Origin: Phoronis australis
Taxonomy: Eukaryota; Animalia; Phoronida
Reading direction: 5' to 3'
Length of the DNA stretch: 37,065 bases
NCBI GenBank assembly: GCA_002633005.1
Contig: NMRA01000005.1
Span: 1-37,065, forward strand
In this document: in pieces, positions 26,601 to 35,600 of the stretch
Layout: each line of letters starts with the position of its first letter
How positions within the stretch are numbered: the stretch's first letter is position 1
Program-made: the position numbers and the translations under genes
Notes under the pieces: generated by a model
Seen by the model: the letters and a program-made list of their open reading frames with translations, nothing else
What the model was told of the DNA's origin: nothing
Database searches by the model: none

Positions 26601-29600
26601 TACCGGTACATTCTAAATTATTTACTGTGGCAAAAGTCTGTTAGAATCATTATAGTTTGCGCATTAATTTGTACTGAGATCATATTGCTAGGTGTTAGCC
26701 TTAGCTACAATGAAAATTTTGAAACCCGTGCATCCAATAGTTTTAAGAGATGTCATTTTTATCTCTCATGGGAGTGTTACAACAAGTGACAAAATTCGGT
26801 TGATTAGCATCCTGTAAAAATGACAAAACTCAGATTAAAGTGACGTTATATGTTTTATGTAATGATTATCTGATAATAAGATGGACGTTACCAGGGCCCC
26901 AGTTAGCAGCTGACTCTGAGGGGGGCACAGGTTAGACGCACGAACAGTTTCCAAAGTGCTAAAACTAACACTGGTGTGGCAGCACAGGTTAGACTCGTTT
27001 GAAAATATGCACGTAAATAATATTAGTTTTTGGCAAAATTGGAAGTAAGAGTGCAGCATGTAAACAACGTTTGGTTATTAATCAAGTCATCCTCAGGTAC
27101 AATAGCAAACAGAAAACAAAATATGGCAACAGAATTAGATTAATATTGAAACATCGTTCTCAAATATGCATGTGCCATCGTTTCCTCATTGGAAACGTTT
27201 TGGCCAAATTTCACAAAGGAAATCTAGTTATAGAAACTGCCACCAGGGGGCCAGTAGTAGTCAAAGTATCTAAAATTTGACGTCTACTGATTTGATCGCC
27301 ATAGAAACATATTTGCAAAAATTAATAAAACCCCTTTATTAGGTTTATGTGAAATACAGCTGCATAGTGCCCGTAATCAGACACAGTAAAATATGCGATG
27401 GTATGTCTTATCTATCGGCTGTTGTATGAAAAGCCCATGTTTTTAATTTTTATGCACCCACATATTTATATGTGGAGGCATTATGCCGTCATCTCCGTCC
27501 GTCCGTCCGTCCGGGCGGCGTCCGTCCGGCGTCCGCTGCTTTATCTCCAAAACCCTTTGACATACGTTCATGAAATTTGGCACATATGTTCCATTCATGA
27601 ATGGGACGGCATGTGCGAACTTTCGGACGGATCCGACTACTGGTGTGTCCCCTAAAGGCAATTTTATTTTTTTACGCTTACCTTTGTATCTTCAAAAGTC
27701 TTGAAAGGATTTTCATGAAATTTGGTATGTAGGCACCTATTAGTGAGATGACGCTATCCTCCCGATTTCAGATGGATTCGACGTAGTTTGCGCCACCTAG
27801 TGGCCATTTTTTTGTGTTTTCGAGTATTGTTTTTGTGCGTCCACCCCTCTATCAACCAAACCGCTCAAAGGATGATTGTGAAAATTGGCAAGTATTTGCT
27901 TACTATGTAGAGGACGGTTGACGATGATTTTCCGACGATTTCGACCACTGTGGCGCCTCGTAGTGGCAGTTTTGTTTTTTATTTTGCGCCTATGGATGTA
28001 TCTCCTAAACCGTTCACAGGATCTTTATGAAATTTAATAAGTATATTTATATTATGTTAACAACGGACGATGNCATTTTGCAAAGTACAACATACTACAT
28101 ATATGCCCTTTACTGGCCACTTTATGGTACCAATAAACAACCCTAGAAGGATACCGTATGCGGTGCAATTGTGGGCGCATTTCAACGCTCTGCGTTGCTC
28201 TTGTTTTTATTTTAGTAGTCAGGCAGCAAACTGATAAAAAAAATCATTGGAAATCACCAGCACCCCTCAAACTGTCCCCCAGCGCACCTCAAAAATGGCT
28301 AAAAATCAAATACACAGAATTGGGCAAAACTTACCGAATTTCAGCACTCCATTGAAGGTTTACGGAAAACCCTTTGAAAATTCAAAGACTGTCTTGTGAT
28401 AGAGAGGTTCAATGTCTACATAAGCATTATAAATGTTTTTCTTTTCCGTTCTTTTAACGCATTTTAAAACAACTTCACTAGCTGAATGTTTTTGAACCAA
28501 AAATGAGCTATTTTGGGCCAAAATATTCATGATGCTCTAACATATAAAGCAATGGCCCGAAAATTTCAAATCAGGATTTAGAACATATCCCACCAAGATG
28601 TAAGTACACACAATTCTTTTCAAGATCTGAGTCCGTGACTCTAGAGTTGACCTTTTGGTCTCTTTTGAAATGACAGAGTCATCCTCTTATATTGTTACTG
28701 TCTGTGGTGGACACGGTGGGGGCATTACTCTTGTCACCTCATTTTGACTAGAGTGAAAATTGTTTTCACTATACCTTTGATTTTGTGTTCCTACAGTGAC
28801 TTTGGTTATGTTGAGGGCTCGGCAGGAGAATGCCAGCAAGCTGCCTGGTTCACCAACCCTGATAAACCATATGCTGATTGTCCTGAGGGGGAAACGTTCA
28901 ACGTCAGTAAAGGTATTTGTAGATAATGTAGGTTATGAGCCACACTACACAATACACATCTCAATAAGTCTGAGTAGTTGTGCTGTTTGCAGCTGTGGTA
29001 ACTGTCATTGTTTCTTTTCATTACCATTTACTCAGTTCATTGTTATTGTGCCTTTTGGAGTTGCTAGCTCAGTTGGACAGTATCAATTTTCTCTGTACAG
29101 GTCACCAGTTCAGGCATTAACAAATTTATAAAAAGTTAAAAGGTGTGCAGTTCATCCTGTTTTCTTCAGGTTACAGGAAGGTTGCATCAGACAAGTGTCA
29201 TGGAGGCAGTCTTGAGACCAAGTATCAGCCCAAGTCCTTCCCCTGTCCCCTCCAACCTCCTAACGGACTTGAGATTAACACTAACAAACACAAGTACATT
29301 GCTGCCACTGGCCAACAGGTGTCCTTCCTGCTCACACAGGCCCAGGTGGGTTGTAGTGACACACATATACTGCAGTGAGTCAGAATGGGGGATTTTTTGG
29401 GACAGGGTATCAAGTACAAACTGAGATAATGTTGCTCTAGTGTTTACTTTGCGCGCTTGCTTTTCTGAAATATGATTTTTTATTATAATTGCTGACCTGT
29501 TGTTTTTATAGAAACGTATTAAACAGAATTACAATCCTAATTTATTGAAGACAATACGTTAATGTCAATTATAAAAACTATAATGAATGAAAACAACAGA

Positions 29601-32600
29601 AAGTCTCATTCCCAGTTTCAGAAGGATTTCCATTCTTCTCATGTCCACTGAGGCATGTCAGACTGAAACACTTGCATTTTTGTTCCTATCCATATATTAC
29701 TCCTACTTGTCGTCACAACGGTTTTTTATTCCTTTTCTTTGGTATTAATGTAATAGTGATTTTCCAGTACAGCAGTGACATGAACTAATATGTCTTGTCA
29801 CTAGATGGCGATAGGATAATTTTAGGACAGCGCTCTACATCCTTGTATTGCGATATTTACCTGCCCTTTTATGAACTCTTTGAGGCCATCGTGGGGTCAA
29901 ATTGACACTGCTGGGTTGAGGTATAGTTAAATGCTTCACATAGAAATGTCTTCCTCAAAATATTGATGAATGAGAGAAACTGCGTGTCTTTGCTCACCAG
30001 AATTAGAAATTAGGTCAAGCCAAAGATGCTTTTGTGTTTTCTTAGCTCTAAAGAGTTGCATGTAGAATTTTTCTCAAACTGGTCTTTTCAGGGTTCAAAG
30101 TTGACCACCAAATACACATGGAGCTTTGGTGATGGTAAAAAAGTTTCCAACACAAGTTTTTCAAAATCTTCCCAACCAAATCACGCGTACGCCTCTGCAG
30201 GACTATACACAGTGACGGTGAAAGCAGTGAACAAAATGGGAACAGCTCAGCACTCCATTAAAATGAAAATTGAAGGTGGGTCGACAATGGCTGGAGCTAA
30301 AACTTGCTTTTAAGGGGTGTTATATTGAGTGCTTTATGAAAGTTTAACATCAGTGTCATAGCTATTGGTAGGTGTTGCCGTTAGTGACTGCAAATATCCT
30401 CCATTGTAAGACATAGAGGGCACTTTATGCCATCTCTTATCCGGTAATATACATAATGCTTCAATGAAAATATAGTACATAATGTACCTTGTTGCTGCAT
30501 CACCTATGAATAACTTATGTGTCTGTTAACTATTGAATGTGTTGGAAAAGTGTTAACATTGATGCATCTCTGCTGCTGGAAAAGTGTTAACATTGATGCA
30601 TCTCTGCTGTTGGAAAAGTGTTAACGTTGATGCATCTCTGCTGCTGTTCGTGTGAAAAGGCCTTTAGCTCCCTAAGAACCTTTGGCGAGCAAGACTTATT
30701 TGGGAATTCTTGGGCTAGTCAATGGCTAGCAGCATAACTGTTTTCCTTCTTAACCTGTAAATCAGTAGTCTGAGGAGCTGTTATTCCTTTTCAGTGCTGG
30801 CCATTTTGTTCACAAGATGCTATGCTTTCCCTCCAATATTTTTGAGATGTCATGTTTACGTTTCAGTCAGGTGGTCATGTGCGATCTTGCCGCATAAGAG
30901 TCCAGACTTGTCATTGTCGTGTTGTAAACAGTGGAGCAAATTTTGAATAACTTTACTTGTACAACAAACTTTTAATGAGACAGGAACGCGCAGACCTGCA
31001 TGAGAATCATTTTTATTTGAAGTGATCCTGTTTTAATCTTGCTTTTTGGGATGAAGTAATATCCAGTGTTTCTTAGAAATGTTGTCAGGATGGCCCAGCT
31101 ATTACATGTGCAAATGGCTCTAAATTGAACAAAATCATTCTCAAACCGTTTTTATATTCTTGTCCACTAATGGGAAATATGATAACTTTAGATTTTTTAT
31201 ACATTGACATGAACAGGCATATAGTGACAATTTCAAGGATGTTTGGTCTTTACCAAGTTTAAGGTAACCCTGCTGATTTTGGCAATAAGGAAACTGCTTT
31301 TGATGCTTGTATTTTGTACCATTTAAGCACAAAACCAAATTTGCTCTCGGAAGATCAAAATCAATTATGTGTCAATAGATTTCCGCCATATTCTCTCCTG
31401 GAGCCTGCATTATTCCACTACCAGGTTGATGTTTGTCGCCGTGTGATTGCAGATGAGATAACTGGCCTTGACCTTGAACAACTGTATGGAGCTCAAGTGA
31501 ACAAGTCTACCCATTTCTTGGCTACATTATCTGTGGCGCAAAACAAGATGGCTGCTGACAGTGCTCACCTCGTATGGACATTTGGAGAGGTGAGTGAAAA
31601 ATAGCTTCAGTCAGACAACTTGCATTCTAAATTCATTGTATATTATGATTAATAAGAAAACTTCATTTGTTGATTCTGTTTTTGTGGTTTGCCCGTTTAA
31701 CAAATCTGTGCTAAGTTTATGTGAAATCTCATTGACAAGTTTGTTCATTAAACTATTTATACAATTTAACTTGGTAAAAGTACAAAATTATATAACTTTC
31801 ATGAAAGCCTGTGAGATTCAATTTATTACTTACCATATTGTTGTGTGACCACTTCTTCTTTGATGAAAATTTTAGCAAACAAGATAGTTTTGTTCATTGC
31901 AAAACAATGTTATCAGTAGTTTGACTAAATTTCTTTATTCAACAAGAAATCTCGCAAACATTGTACAGTTTTCTAATTATCATTTTGTTTTCGTTATATA
32001 CAACCTTTGATTTTTTTGTCTTAAAATGCCTAAATTTTTGACATCCCTTATGCAAAACTGGAGTAATCTGATATCTAATTTCCAACAGAGTTTTGGAGAA
32101 AGGTGCATGATGTACTGACAGTATCTGAAAGTTTCATGTGAATTTGATCATTCAGTTCTGAGTAATGATATTCCAAAGTTAGTCAAATCTGGACGTAAGG
32201 ATCGCTTGTAACCCTTCAGATGATGATAGCCGTACATCTTCTCTGCAGGATGAGTCATCACGTCCTCTCCTGACATGGAATAGTAGTGTGACTCACACAT
32301 ACCACTCTCCTGGTTATTACACAGTCACCGTCGAGGCTGTCAACGCCGTCAGTTCTATGTACCGCATGTTCAAGGTGCGTGTCTATGGCAGAATCGTGAC
32401 TGTACGGCTGAAGTTTGGTGCCAACCTGGATCGAATTTATCAAGACTCCATTGCCTGGCGATCAAGTTTGAGTGACAGTCTGAAGGCGCAGCTGGCACAT
32501 GTAGGTATCTCCTTGGTTACGTGTCCTTGTGAGGCTAGCAGGTGGTATTTTCTCTGTATTTACAAGCAAGCACTTCATTAAACACTGCATGCATAACAAA

Positions 32601-35600
32601 AAATATTTTCCAGTTTGTGATACTGAAAATTTTATTTTTTTGCTCAAGGTTGTAGCTTGTAACAAATTTTAGAAATAGGCAGTAGTGGTCATCCCAAATT
32701 CAAGAATTAAGATCAACGAAAAGTGATTACTCCCCTTGATGTTAACATTATGAGAATGCATGAAAATGTTGCGTTGGCTCCTATTTTTGACAATTTTAAG
32801 AGCTGACAAGTCCATTATCAGATTCTGTCAATACAAAACGCAGTATCTGATACTTGAAAACTATGATGAGCATTTAATTTGCTCATGTCCTGATCTTCGG
32901 ACCCAAGAAAGTTCAATTTCAGCTTAAATTTTTGCTGCCCCAAAATTTAGACACTGTCCCAAATTTTAGACATTGTCCCAAACTGGAGAACTTTTCCCGA
33001 AATTGATATAAAGGTTTTGTTACAGACATCTGTTGTAATTTCTCTGTTTGGAGTAACAAGTTTTTCAATTTACCATGAAACATTGATTGAATTTTTGATA
33101 AAAGGATGTGGTGCCAAATGTTAAAGTTTTGGAGATAATCTCTGGTATTATTGCTCATTTTGCAATCCTTTGAATACTAGACAGTAGAAATTATAGTACA
33201 ATTCACCAGAGTGAACTGTATAGGGTTTTCAACATATGTGACATACCAGAGAACTGTACTTTCTGTGTGCATTCTGGGTAATAAGTGGCTCCTGTTTAGC
33301 TCAGCTCTGTTTTTATTTTATTGCCTGGTAACAACACCATCGTTACTATACACTTGTATGGTTACTTACTGGGCGTGTCAGCTACTGTTGTATAGTTTCC
33401 ACGATCCATTCATTTGAGATGCTTCATAAAAGTGTTGGCTAGATTACTTATCAGTGATAAAGGAAGTGTTCAGCAGCTGGTTTTTTAAATGGTTCTGTTT
33501 TGTGAAATGTAACTTTAGTTTTATGTCACTTTCCCATGTTATCAAACCAAAGGTTCAAAAAATCATAGCAATTCATAAAAAGTCATTCAAATTTTAACAG
33601 GTCAATGTAACCTAACCCGACAAAGGCACATCACTGGCCATATGTGTGTCCTGAGTCTGGTACCGATGTTGAAACCCCTGGACACCTGGTAGAATCTTTC
33701 CCAGCTTTTTATAGGTTAAGGAACAAGTTCTTGGGTGGCACCGTTAATTGCTTACGACATATGGAAAAATTTGTCTATTTTCTTAAAAGAGATAGGCAGA
33801 CCTGAAAACTATTTCCTTGAGAAACCTGTTGATCAAAAACAGGGCTCCCTGAGTTATAACTCAGGTGTTTCAGGCAATGGGCCCTACCATGTGGCCTGCG
33901 CTCGTCTGATGCTCTGCAAAAGACATCAGGCCGCTTGCACTCAACCATTTCCAAAATGTTATTTTATCTCACTTCAGCAAGGAAAAATGTCTTGGAGAAC
34001 GGGATGAGAATTCCTATTAAAACCCATGTAATTTGTATTGCTTAACTGTTATGTGCTAACAATTGTATGGCAAAATATTTAATATTCCATAACAATGGAG
34101 AAGGCGAAGGAGAAGGCAAAATTGCACTATTGTGTTATGTTTCTTTCAGACATTGTCTGTAAGCCGTGATTACTTGGAGGTCTCTGTGCTGCCTGTAAAA
34201 CCTGTGAAAGTTTTGGTCAACTTTGTGCCACCGAAATCTGACAACAGCAGTCTGGCAGCAATAGACAAGGTTTGTGCAATGGTGATGAAATAAAGCAGGT
34301 TTTACACTGAGGCTGCACTCTAATTTTTCCTCACTGAGTGCATTGTTAGCGTACACTCCATTTGTTTATCTCGTGTTATAGGTTGAGTCTAGAGAGGAAG
34401 AATTTGGTACAATTTCTTTGCAGTTAAACATTATTGCTGACATTGTCATTGTTTCACATTCAAGAGCTCACTGTGTCATGCTAAAACTGCTTAGAAATTC
34501 ACCATTTGTTGGTTAGCAACAGATATATGATACAAGCTGTGATTGCCCTTATACCTAAGTTCCTTTAATGTTAATTGAGAAATTTCCTTAATGAGATTTT
34601 GGTGTTCTGTCATACTCTGTCCTAAATTGATGAAGCCTTTCAGAACTGAAAATTATTTCAGTTTAAAACTTGTAATTTAAACAACGCAATACCACTAAAT
34701 GCAGTGTGCACACTATATAACTTTTTGTCATTTCAGCTGGGCGCATATTTGATTGACAAATGTGATAAAGGACTGCTGGTCACATTTCATGGTGTACCTA
34801 TTCAAGTAATCAATGCAACGTTAGTTAAAGATGGTAAGAACTATGTTCTCCACAAATGCCAAGGCAGTTATCAGGTTACACATTTGAAATTTGCCATGGA
34901 CGTGATTAAACAGTGGTTGCAGTCACTTAGATTTGATTTAATGCATTAATTAAAACACAGGAAGTTGGAGATATTTAGATTTGTTTGAGAGCAATAATTA
35001 AAACTGTAAGGTATTTGGATTTGACCGGAAACAAAGCGATGTAGTTGAGATTAAGATAACGTATTGCACGGCTTGAATAACGTCCAAATTTGGCTAAATT
35101 AGGAGTATCGTAACTCGGAAATGGCTGATCTGATTCATATGAAACTTTAACTCTAAAATGCTTTTAGGACACGTTTTAGATTGATCCACTTGCGCAGGAG
35201 GAGTATCAAGAATAGGACTTATGTGACTGTGAAAAAAATCAAAAGTTGAATAAAATGAAAACATTGAGATAACTGTAACAGTGTTTTTGAGATTTCATCT
35301 TGAAGATTTATTTCAAACAAAATTTGATCATGTTATTAGTTCTGATGTTTTGCTATAAAATATACCTTGAAGTTTCCTACTTTGCTTGATTTTACCAAAA
35401 TGCCTTCAAGTTAGTCACATAACCCAATCAATTGCAGATTGTTAAAAAGTCAAAGTTAAATTCTAAGGGCTTTCTGCTCTCAGAAAATATATATTTTTAC
35501 AGACAGTTAAATTGTATAGTTTTCTATGTATTTGGCTAAATATACATACTTATCAGTCCCACGTAACTTTAACATGTGAGTGAGTGCCATTGTAGTGTGA

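Noticed and set aside
32500-32504. Alternative donor G|gtatct after exon 20
   Set aside because: It gives phase 1, which is incompatible with the phase-0 start of exon 21
33284-33310. tRNA or SINE A-box-like GCTCCTGTTTAGCTCAG
   Set aside because: No B-box or cloverleaf follows
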